A DNA stretch of 64,000 bases, from the NCBI GenBank assembly GCA_003504275.1, contig DOAO01000006.1, forward strand, positions 66,588 through 130,587, written 5' to 3'. Numbering within the stretch: the first letter of the stretch is position 1; the number at the start of each line of letters is the position of its first letter. The stretch is from Patescibacteria group bacterium (GTDB taxonomy: Bacteria; Patescibacteriota; Minisyncoccia; Phycocordibacterales; UBA12445). The notes below the pieces were generated by a model, which saw only the letters and a list, made by a program, of their open reading frames with translations, was not told the DNA's origin and did not search any database. A program made the translations under genes and the position numbers. Below are positions 1 to 8,653 of the stretch, piece by piece.

Positions 1-20
1 CATCGTTAGGGTTTTTAATA

Positions 21-85
21 CCCAAAGAGGGACAACGAAGCGACTTTTTGTTGCTACACAATAAGTCTCGTTGTCCCTCTTTGGG
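21..85. repeat. 18-bp perfect inverted repeat (hairpin)
   Basis: CCCAAAGAGGGACAACGA (21-38) / TCGTTGTCCCTCTTTGGG (68-85). Confidence 0.85.
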
Positions 86-134
86 CACAAAAATGTTGTC
101 GTTTATTGTCTTATTGTGTAGCTTGTTCATAATA

Positions 135-749
135 TCATTTTTTCTTCTTTGTCGCCCTCAAGATACGCTTAGCTTTTCCACTTAATAACCTAGCTATTCC
201 TATAAAAGATTGCTCTGCACGCTCATCCATCTTCAAATATCGCAAATATTTTTTTGTTGGCTTTCCTTTGTAATTGGTCCGTTTAACCTTCTCTCTCATT
301 TTTTCAATCTCTCGGATATTGATAACTCTGCCAAACGGCTTTGCTAGACCGCTTATATTTCTGCTTGAATAAGTAAGGTTGTAACAATGCCGACAGCCAA
401 ACAAATCACCATTTTTATAAAGGACACCGACACGCCTTCCACAATAGACACCATTCTTGTAAAGTAAGCACCTGAACCAATATCTACTTCCTCCGTATCG
501 GCACGGAGTTGTGGTGAGGGGCACCTTGTAATCAAAGTCCTCTTTCTCACTAGTATCTCTGCTTGTTTGTGCGTAGTAAAATCTAACAAACTTCTCATCG
601 CCCCAAAGATTTACTTCACAGCCAATACTTCCTTTGTCCCCATTAGTTCCCCATAAAATAGTCGTATCTTTATATTTACTATTTTTCATATCACGCAGTA
701 GCCACCATATTTCTATTTTCTTACACCAATCTGCTTCTGTTTTACTCAT
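135..749 (-). CDS. Hypothetical mobile-element protein with Cys cluster (zinc-ribbon-like)
   Basis: 204-aa ORF with CRYGGSRYWFRC...CGRR...CRHC, located downstream of the primase. Confidence 0.7.
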   Translation of the reverse strand: MSKTEADWCKKIEIWWLLRDMKNSKYKDTTILWGTNGDKGSIGCEVNLWGDEKFVRFYYAQTSRDTSEKEDFDYKVPLTTTPCRYGGSRYWFRCLLYKNGVYCGRRVGVLYKNGDLFGCRHCYNLTYSSRNISGLAKPFGRVINIREIEKMREKVKRTNYKGKPTKKYLRYLKMDERAEQSFIGIARLLSGKAKRILRATKKKK

Positions 750-780
750 AATTTTTTATAGTTGCCGAAATCAATAGAGA

Positions 781-2952
781 TTAGGAGTCATCTAACCTAA
801 TTTGATTATCTGATAATGTTTCAACCCCACACTCGTCATCACTATTGTTTTGCATTTGTTGTGGATTGAAAAAAGTAGACGGAGAAATAAGTATTTTTCT
901 CTTGTCATTTGGGTCTTGTTCTTGATAAATAAGCCCTGAGGTTTCAAGAATGGGAATAATCTGCTGTCGGAGCTGTTGAGCATCTAACATGCGTCCATAA
1001 GCCTTGTAGTGCTTCTCTAGGATGTCTTGGCGAGTGATACCTAGCTTTGGTGTCTCATTGAATACTTGCGACTGAAGCTCATTTTTTTCTTTGTATACAG
1101 GAACAATGATTTGAGTATAAATGTCGTAGATAAATGGAGGCAGATTGAGCTCTTGGCTGATTGATATTTTTTCCCAAAGTTTGAAAGCTTGCTCTATATC
1201 ATCATCGTTCGCTGTGATAGTGGACCCGTTTCGTTCTCTCCACCATAGATTAAGTAATGCGAACGACTTCACAAGCGAAATAAGTCTCTTTATGTCTCGT
1301 TGGTGGCGAGGTTGTAATTTCTTATCCTGCTTGAAAAATCTCTCAAAGATTTTTTCTTGATTTGATATCTTGATGTCATCAATGTGTTCTTGTCTGATTG
1401 CTTGGATACGGAGCTTGAGTTGTTTTCTCTTTGGGTCGTTATCAAGCCATGCTTTGTATTTTTCATTGTCTGCTTCTTTGCGGATTGTGTTTGAAATACC
1501 TGCGTGAATTTTTTCTTGATTGACTTCGGGGGAAAGTAAGATGAAGCGTGTTTGTTCTTGTGGGTCCATACGAAGCCCTGCCGTGCAGAATATAACTGAT
1601 GGATAGCCCTTGAGTGCGATTGTCTTTGTGCGGTTTCCACCTTTCTGGTTCTTGTCTGTTATCTTGGAATACATTATCTTTTCATCGTGTGAAAGAAATG
1701 AACGGAGCCCCTCTAGCAATCCTGTATGTGGCATATCTGTGAATATGAGTATCTTTCGTGAAAGGTCTACGGTAATTTCATTCGTTTCTTTGTTGTAGCT
1801 TCCTTGCTCGTGGAAGAAAGCCGTCTTTGAACAGTTGCCGAGCTTTATAACATCCTCATTCGGGAAAAGTTTTGATACTTCCAAAGCAATGTAGCTTTTA
1901 CCCGTGCTTGAAGGACTATTAAATGAGACATTGAATTGAGCATCTTCCGTATAAGCCGAGAGCTGACAGAGAAAAGTAACGATTTTATTTTCATTGTCAT
2001 TTTTAATTGTGAGCTCAAGTGCTTTTGATAGTTCCTCTGGTGTGAGGGATTGAAATTGAGATGGGTCAATGCGTTCAGGATATTCCTTTGCATATTTATC
2101 AAATAGGTCTGGGATTAAAAGGTTAAGTTTTGTTAAGTAGTCTGTTATGTCTCCGCCATCTCCGACTTCTTCGGGAAGCGTGATGTGATAGAGGTTCCGT
2201 AATCCAACATTTTCCAATATTTTAAGCACCTTTATGGACCCTTTTTTACCTGCCCCATCGTTATCAAAACAAATATAGATTTTCTGACATTTTCTGATGT
2301 CCGCATCAATCCATTCTTCCTTAAATGTGCCTGCCCCGTGCGTAGAAGTAAGAGCAAAGCACCCCTCTGAGATGAGAGCTAGTGCATCAAGTTCTCCTTC
2401 GCAGATAATTTGATTTTCTTCTGATGGTGCATACATTCCAAATAATTGTGCCTCTGCACCTTTTGGATATGTGATTTTTCCGTCGCCGTCTTTTGGGTCC
2501 TGTCGTAGTTTGAAGAATTTATAGCCATCATCGTCCATTACTGGAATAGTGATGTAATTCTTGCCGTAGAATGTGCCATAGCCGAGCCTGTAGCTGTCTA
2601 CAATGCCATTTATGATGCCTCGTTCGTTGAGATATGTTCGTATACGGTCTGGCATTTGCTCGTGGCATTTCTGCACGAGTTCATCTGTAAATCTTGGTCC
2701 ACGATATGATGATGCACGCTGTGGGGTAGTTTTATCTCCGAAGTGTTTTTGTAGCGTGATAATGTTTCCTTTCTCTCCGCATTTTTTGCACTCGTATTGC
2801 GAAGTGTCTTTGTTGAAGTAGAGATGTGCTTCGCTTCCAGTGCTGTTTTTATCGCAGTCATTAAAAATACATTTGGCGATAAGTTCCTGTCCGTTCTCAT
2901 GATGGGTGATACCTTTTTGTGAGAGATATTCTGCTATGTTTATTTTCGTCAT
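781..2952 (-). CDS. Primase-ATPase (Zn finger + TOPRIM + P-loop domain), element replication protein
   Basis: N-terminal C..C/H..CKKC zinc finger, TOPRIM motifs ICEGELDA and CFDNDGAG, Walker A-like SPSSTGKS. ATG at 2952 preferred over the ORF-track start at 3000. Confidence 0.85.
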   Translation of the reverse strand: MTKINIAEYLSQKGITHHENGQELIAKCIFNDCDKNSTGSEAHLYFNKDTSQYECKKCGEKGNIITLQKHFGDKTTPQRASSYRGPRFTDELVQKCHEQMPDRIRTYLNERGIINGIVDSYRLGYGTFYGKNYITIPVMDDDGYKFFKLRQDPKDGDGKITYPKGAEAQLFGMYAPSEENQIICEGELDALALISEGCFALTSTHGAGTFKEEWIDADIRKCQKIYICFDNDGAGKKGSIKVLKILENVGLRNLYHITLPEEVGDGGDITDYLTKLNLLIPDLFDKYAKEYPERIDPSQFQSLTPEELSKALELTIKNDNENKIVTFLCQLSAYTEDAQFNVSFNSPSSTGKSYIALEVSKLFPNEDVIKLGNCSKTAFFHEQGSYNKETNEITVDLSRKILIFTDMPHTGLLEGLRSFLSHDEKIMYSKITDKNQKGGNRTKTIALKGYPSVIFCTAGLRMDPQEQTRFILLSPEVNQEKIHAGISNTIRKEADNEKYKAWLDNDPKRKQLKLRIQAIRQEHIDDIKISNQEKIFERFFKQDKKLQPRHQRDIKRLISLVKSFALLNLWWRERNGSTITANDDDIEQAFKLWEKISISQELNLPPFIYDIYTQIIVPVYKEKNELQSQVFNETPKLGITRQDILEKHYKAYGRMLDAQQLRQQIIPILETSGLIYQEQDPNDKRKILISPSTFFNPQQMQNNSDDECGVETLSDNQIRLDDS

Positions 2953-3027
2953 ATATTGTAATTTATTAGTGATGAATGATGATTGGTATGTCTTTCGCAA
3001 ATGAATTGTTTGCGAGGCTGTTTTACC

Positions 3028-3255
3028 CTATTTTTCGGTCGTCCTCAATGGGTCTGAGAGATTGTCCAAGTGTGCCAACACAGCCCTTTTTTCTTTTTTT
3101 ACATAATCATCTTTATCAACTAACTTTTGAAACCAGCGATGAGTTGTTTGTTTGTTAAAACGCTGTCCTTTTATGGTTCTGACAAAATAAGCGTAAGAGC
3201 TCAAATTTGGATTTTTTTCTGCAATGTTATTGAATCTTCTTTGAAGTGATTTCAT
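3028..3255 (-). CDS. Hypothetical protein
   Basis: 75-aa ORF in the operon; its AT-rich leader (ATAAATTACAA-TATATG) matches the primase leader. Confidence 0.65.
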   Translation of the reverse strand: MKSLQRRFNNIAEKNPNLSSYAYFVRTIKGQRFNKQTTHRWFQKLVDKDDYVKKEKRAVLAHLDNLSDPLRTTEK

Positions 3256-3281
3256 ATATTTGTAATTTATTGATGAGTAAT

Positions 3282-3572
3282 TTATTCGGAAGAATGGATA
3301 CGATTTTTTAACATTCTTAAGGCATCAAAATAAACTAAAGATTTTATTTCTAGTCTTCCATTCCAGTGGTCATCAATATCTTGTTCAATTCCGACCTCTC
3401 GTTTGAATATGAATAAAACTTTTCGCTGGTCTTGCTTATCTAAGGCGACTAGCTCAAACCCACGAGAAACTAACGAACTGCTCAAACCCAAATCTTGAGT
3501 CTGAAAATACTCTTTTGAGTTTTCCAAAGAGGTATATTCAAAATTATTTTTTTCTTTTTTTGTGTTTTGCAT
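3282..3572 (-). CDS. DUF5659-like small phage/island protein
   Basis: Pattern TQDLGLSSSLVSRGFELVALDKQDQRKVLFIF...LKNRI recognised from memory; ATG at 3572. Confidence 0.65.
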   Translation of the reverse strand: MQNTKKEKNNFEYTSLENSKEYFQTQDLGLSSSLVSRGFELVALDKQDQRKVLFIFKREVGIEQDIDDHWNGRLEIKSLVYFDALRMLKNRIHSSE

Positions 3573-3712
3573 ATAGTTTTGCTTAATAATTTGTAATATT
3601 GAGAGTGTTCCTGCTCTCAACCTATGTGCTGAAAAAACAGTGAAAAAGAAAAAACCGCTATATTTCAAGCAGTTTTTGTCTTTATTTGTCGCTGAAAACT
3701 TCAGTCAATCAA

Positions 3713-6160
3713 TCAAACTTCAGTGAGGTATTGCATTGCTCTCGTATCTTGGATTTCAAGATTTCTCAACTCTTTTTCTGGGGTGATTTTCAACAAAGGA
3801 TTGTATCCTCGCACTGTCTTATCAAAAGGTATTGGTTCTTCTGTTATTTCAAAATACTCACACAATGCTTTTGAGAGAGCTGACTTGTATGTTTGAAATA
3901 AACCTTTCTTTTCCTTGCTCCTTGAAAAAGCATTTTTACAGAAATTGAACATATTATCCGGGGTCAAATAAAAATCTGTATTGCCTTGTCTTTTAGTTTT
4001 AGTAAATGAGAGTGCTTGCAGTATTTTCCAAGAGACATTATCTGATTTTTTGAAGCCGAAGATTTCGTAATCTCCTTTGTTTTTTAGTTTTCCTTTTACA
4101 AGTATTTCAATGTTGTTGTCATCTGTGAACTTAATTTCAATATCGGACCAGCTCAATTTTGGTTTTTGAGCCGTATCGGCTTTATTGTTTTTGTGAAGAT
4201 TACTTTTCTTTACAGAAAACATCCTTTCTTTGTTTCTGTTTATGAGCTCTTGTTTTTCATCAGTTAGCTCAAAAGCTCTAGTGATGGTTTCTTTTGCTTT
4301 TTTCACATCTCCTTTTTCTTCATAAATCAAAGCAAGATTGTTCAATATTGAAGAACTCGTGTCCTCAATGCTCTCGTATACTTTTTGAGCTTCGTCCACT
4401 CTTTCTACCTCGTTGAGAGAGTAGGCAACCTCAAACCTTCTGTCAAAGAAAGTGTATCCGTCCTCAAGTTCTTCTGGTGCAAAGAAAAGCTCCAGCGTTT
4501 GGCCTTCAAGCAAGGAATAAATATCAGAGATTGTGTTGTGTTGTTTTTTCTTGAAAAGTTCTTCAATATCCTTGCTGAACATTTCCTTGAAATATCTTTC
4601 TGCCCGCACATCACGGCTTGGCGGTTTTGCTATTTCTTCTTTGATAGTTGTTGCGTAATTATACAAGAAATCGTCACTACATTCTGCAATGTCTGTATAA
4701 ATCCACTCCTTTCCTCCAGAGAGAACATATTTGAGCTTGTAGACAACGGCATTGTCATACTGTTTTATACGATAATACCCGTGAGCCAACAGATACAGGT
4801 CAAAGAGAGTTTCTTTTGTATTTTTCTTTATTTCGTTGAGTAGTCCTTCAATCTCTTTTTTGTTATTTTCTGACAATACAGTTTCGTCTTGGTAAAGAAA
4901 CTTCTTGAAAAGATAAATTGCCGTTAATTTCGTTTTATCGCTGATATTATTTTTGATTGCATACTGGATTTCATCAAGGAAGAATTGTTTTGTAGGTAGC
5001 TCCATTTGGAATACAAAATAATCATTCATTGATATGCTCTCAATTTGTTTACACATCTGGGATAGGGTGTTTTCTATGCCGACATCGTCCTTGAGTTTCA
5101 GATAGATAGAAAACATATAAATATGGCATCCCAAGAGCAATTCTGTGTCGCCGATATTTTCTATAGTTTCCTTGAAATATTTCAAACTCTCACTATATTT
5201 TTCTTGCTCGTAATAAAGAACGCCTCGCAAATATGAGTTGATGTTGTCGTTCAAATAGTTCCACGGAGTATGTATTTCTGGTTCGTTCTGTAGTATCTCC
5301 TTACACATATCAAACTGTTTGCTTTTCAAGAAAAAGACAAAAGATAGGCGAACAAAGTCGTTTGAGTAGATAGCTCTTTTTAATTCTTCATAGTTCTCCT
5401 TATAAAATTTTTTGAAGTTCTCAACCTCTTGATTATCTGATTTTGTGTAGTAATCAAAAGTTGCCCTGAGAGCTGGCTCGTATTTGGAGTTTTTAGTCAA
5501 AACTTTCTTTGCAAGATTGAACCTTTTGAGTAGACTGGTTTCTTTTTCAAAATAAAGCCCAATGTATTCTTGTTTTGCGAGCATCAAGTTTTCTGGCTTT
5601 TCGTCGTAAAGGTTTGAGAGTTTTCTGAGAGCAAATGACTTGTGCCAGTAGTTATCATCGTAGTTCGTGAGCGTATCATCAAGGTTATTTTTCATTAAAA
5701 TAAATAAAAGATTTCCTTCTATTTTTTGAGTTGAAACTTTGAGAAAATCTGAACCAGTCAAGAAACGTAAAATCTCTGATTGAGGAGATTGGATACTTTC
5801 AACATAGATATGAAATAGGGTTTCTTCGTAATCTTTTTTTATTTCTTCAATAGAAATTGTTTTTGTTTTTTGGATATGAAAATTACCGTTCAGTAGGTCC
5901 AGTGTTGTCATCGTGTGTGTGATTTCAAACTTGTTATTTTTATCTTTTTTATATTCTTGTTTTGTAACGTCTATGAGTAAATAATCTATATCATCTTTTC
6001 GGAGCTTCTCTATTTCTTTTTTGTCTAAGACTCCGATTCTTCCCAAGAAATCAATAGAAAACCAAAGCATGTTTTGGTCGTTTGAGAAATTTATTTCATC
6101 AAAGAATGATTTATCATCATTCTTGTCTATTGTTTTATCTACTGGTTTTATTTTGGGCAT
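3713..6160 (-). CDS. TPR-containing protein with a possible C-terminal DNA-binding domain
   Basis: TPR-like helices (YLRGVLYYEQEKYSESLKYF; ILNNLALIYEEKGDVKKAKETITRAFEL); ATG at 6160. Confidence 0.7.
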   Translation of the reverse strand: MPKIKPVDKTIDKNDDKSFFDEINFSNDQNMLWFSIDFLGRIGVLDKKEIEKLRKDDIDYLLIDVTKQEYKKDKNNKFEITHTMTTLDLLNGNFHIQKTKTISIEEIKKDYEETLFHIYVESIQSPQSEILRFLTGSDFLKVSTQKIEGNLLFILMKNNLDDTLTNYDDNYWHKSFALRKLSNLYDEKPENLMLAKQEYIGLYFEKETSLLKRFNLAKKVLTKNSKYEPALRATFDYYTKSDNQEVENFKKFYKENYEELKRAIYSNDFVRLSFVFFLKSKQFDMCKEILQNEPEIHTPWNYLNDNINSYLRGVLYYEQEKYSESLKYFKETIENIGDTELLLGCHIYMFSIYLKLKDDVGIENTLSQMCKQIESISMNDYFVFQMELPTKQFFLDEIQYAIKNNISDKTKLTAIYLFKKFLYQDETVLSENNKKEIEGLLNEIKKNTKETLFDLYLLAHGYYRIKQYDNAVVYKLKYVLSGGKEWIYTDIAECSDDFLYNYATTIKEEIAKPPSRDVRAERYFKEMFSKDIEELFKKKQHNTISDIYSLLEGQTLELFFAPEELEDGYTFFDRRFEVAYSLNEVERVDEAQKVYESIEDTSSSILNNLALIYEEKGDVKKAKETITRAFELTDEKQELINRNKERMFSVKKSNLHKNNKADTAQKPKLSWSDIEIKFTDDNNIEILVKGKLKNKGDYEIFGFKKSDNVSWKILQALSFTKTKRQGNTDFYLTPDNMFNFCKNAFSRSKEKKGLFQTYKSALSKALCEYFEITEEPIPFDKTVRGYNPLLKITPEKELRNLEIQDTRAMQYLTEV

Positions 6161-6300
6161 AGTGTAATTGTAATTTATCTTTAAGCATCCTAGCATCTTT
6201 TACTATGAAAATTAAGTATTTTTTGTTACACTAGAACAGTCTTAAAAGACACACAATTTAGTTACCTAAGGTCTACTCAAAATAGATACGGTACAAATAA

Positions 6301-6446
6301 ACCCCATCCCTGATACTGAACCCCGTGTTCAGCTACTCAGGGATGGGTCATTGTCGGGAAACTGATAATGGAGTCGCAAGGCTCAAGCTGGCACGGGGTT
6401 CTGTGCTTTCTCGGTCCAGCTTTATTAGACAAAACCCATCCCTTTT
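6301..6446 (+). promoter_or_regulatory. GC-rich structured 5' leader of mod with alternative pairings
   Basis: 6303-6313 pairs 6337-6347 (11 bp). 6340-6348 can instead pair 6434-6442 next to the ATG. 6318-6327 pairs 6392-6401. GAAA- and GCAA-looped hairpins lie between them. Confidence 0.5.
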
Positions 6447-8204
6447 ATGTCTACAAACAAATTACAATCAATAGAAAAAGCTAAAGGTAGAGCTATGCTC
6501 GTATGGGCTGGCAAGAAGCCTTTAGAGAGCATTGAATACTATCCTGCTCAAGAGAAAGAAATATACGGCAACAAGAAGTCGCAAGATTTTAATAAATTAT
6601 TTTGGGGAGATAATCTCCAAGTTCTCGCACACTTACTAAAAGAGTATCGTGGTAAAGTTGATTTGATATATATAGACCCTCCGTTTGATAGCAAGGCGGA
6701 TTATGTTAAATCAGTAAAAATGAAAGGTGAAAAGGTTGAGGGGGTTGAGCAAGGACTGCTTGAAGAAAAACAGTATGGCGATATTTGGGAAAAGGATGAG
6801 TATCTTCAATTTATGTATGAGCGTTTTTTAATTTTGAAAGAACTTTTGTCTGAAAATGGAAGTATATATTTACATTGTGATTGGCATAAAAACTCCCATC
6901 TTCGCTTGTTAATGGATGAAGTATTCAGTGAAGATAATTTTAGAAATGAAATTATCTGGCATTATTTTGTATCTGGAAAATATCCAAGTGAGTTTGCAAA
7001 AGACCACGATAATATCTATGTATATTCAAAAAGTAAAAACTCCACATTTAACTATGAGAAACAAGTAGACAAATATCTATATTATGAAAAGTTTTACAAT
7101 AAACAAATTGTTAAAGGAAAGGATGGAAAAGAATACTATGAATATAATGGAGAATTAAGAACGTTTGAAAAACAGGTTTCTGAAACTTGGAATATAAATA
7201 AAATTAAAAGAGACGGCAAAGAAATTGTTGGCTATCCTACACAAAAACCAGAAGAATTACTAGAAAGAATAATTAAAGCATCTTCAAATGAGGGCGATGT
7301 GGTCCTTGATTGTTTTTGTGGCTCTGGAACCACGATGGTTACCGCTCAAAAATTAGGTCGCCGATGGATTGGATGCGACATAAATCTCGGAGCGATACAA
7401 ACCTCCACAAAACGCCTCAATCAGATTATTGAGGAGCAGAAAAATGCTCTCGGTTTCAAAGTGCTCAATGTGAATGAATATACAGCGTTCAAAAATGAAC
7501 TTGAAGCGAAAGATATTGTGATGGAAATGTATGGCGTGGAGCCAATGAAGCGAAGTTATTTTGACGGAGTGCTTGATACTTCGTATGTGAAAGTGATGCC
7601 AATGAACAGGGTCCTCAACAAGCTAGATATGAAAACCTTGCTCAAGAATGTGAATGACAAGCTCGCTGATTTTACAGTCAAAAAGAAGTCCAAATCTGGC
7701 GAGGCGGTGTATGACGAGGGTGTGCTTGTCATCTGCTCTGGTATGGACCTTGAAGTTGCCGACTATCTCAAAAAAGAGAACAAGACGGGCGTGAAGATTG
7801 ATGTCCGAGACATTGCCACAGACAAGAAAAATCTCGTCTTTAAGAAACCACCAGAGGCAAATATTGAGGTGAAAGTAAAAGACAAAAATCTCTCCGTGTC
7901 GCTCAAAGAGTTCTATTCGCCTATAATGATGCGAAAATTAGAGATTGAAAACAGTAAAGCTCTCAAGAAAGAATACCAAGCAAAAGTTGAAGATTTCCGC
8001 CAGATTATTGATAGCGTGGCTATTGATGTGGATTATACAGGCGACCTTTTTAATGCCGAGATTATGGACCTGCCGACAAAGCGTGAGCTCATCAAAGCTG
8101 ACTACTCTTGGGGATATCCAAAGAAAGGCAAATACACTGTGGCAGTCAAAATCGTGGATGTGCTTGGCGAGGAATACTTTGAAACTTTTAGAGTAAATGT
8201 ATAA
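6447..8204 (+). CDS. mod: Type III R-M amino-methyltransferase (Mod), beta class
   Basis: Motif IV IDPPF precedes motif I DCFCGSGT; YPTQKPE; next to res. Confidence 0.88.
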   Translation: MSTNKLQSIEKAKGRAMLVWAGKKPLESIEYYPAQEKEIYGNKKSQDFNKLFWGDNLQVLAHLLKEYRGKVDLIYIDPPFDSKADYVKSVKMKGEKVEGVEQGLLEEKQYGDIWEKDEYLQFMYERFLILKELLSENGSIYLHCDWHKNSHLRLLMDEVFSEDNFRNEIIWHYFVSGKYPSEFAKDHDNIYVYSKSKNSTFNYEKQVDKYLYYEKFYNKQIVKGKDGKEYYEYNGELRTFEKQVSETWNINKIKRDGKEIVGYPTQKPEELLERIIKASSNEGDVVLDCFCGSGTTMVTAQKLGRRWIGCDINLGAIQTSTKRLNQIIEEQKNALGFKVLNVNEYTAFKNELEAKDIVMEMYGVEPMKRSYFDGVLDTSYVKVMPMNRVLNKLDMKTLLKNVNDKLADFTVKKKSKSGEAVYDEGVLVICSGMDLEVADYLKKENKTGVKIDVRDIATDKKNLVFKKPPEANIEVKVKDKNLSVSLKEFYSPIMMRKLEIENSKALKKEYQAKVEDFRQIIDSVAIDVDYTGDLFNAEIMDLPTKRELIKADYSWGYPKKGKYTVAVKIVDVLGEEYFETFRVNV

Positions 8205-8206
8205 AT

Positions 8207-8653
8207 ATGCAAAACGACACTATAAAAATAAGCAAACAACTCTTACACCAAGCCGAGCTGATGGGTGGAAATAGCGAATACGCTAAGGCTATTACAAAAC
8301 TCAACGAAGCAATCAACCATCTTGTCTATTTTTCACCACCAGAAGAGCAACAACACGAAAAAATATCGTTGTTACACCAGTGTTTCTTTGACGCAGGACG
8401 GTATCATTCTGAATTAAAACATTTTGCCACTGCGATAGAAAATTTCATTACAGCAAAGCTATTTGCTGTGTCAAAAGATAACACAGACCAATTAGATAGA
8501 TGGATTGACGGGTCTTTAGATGAGTATGAATTTTTGATACAGGAGCCAGCCACGAAAGATATCGCACTTTCTGAATTGGATGAATTGCAAGACAAATTGT
8601 TTAAAAATAACATACCCGTTCTACCTCGTATTGAGAAATTGTTAAAACAATAA
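8207..8653 (+). CDS. Helical/TPR-like hypothetical protein between mod and res
   Basis: 148-aa ORF tightly coupled to both neighbours (TAATG overlap with res). Confidence 0.65.
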   Translation: MQNDTIKISKQLLHQAELMGGNSEYAKAITKLNEAINHLVYFSPPEEQQHEKISLLHQCFFDAGRYHSELKHFATAIENFITAKLFAVSKDNTDQLDRWIDGSLDEYEFLIQEPATKDIALSELDELQDKLFKNNIPVLPRIEKLLKQ

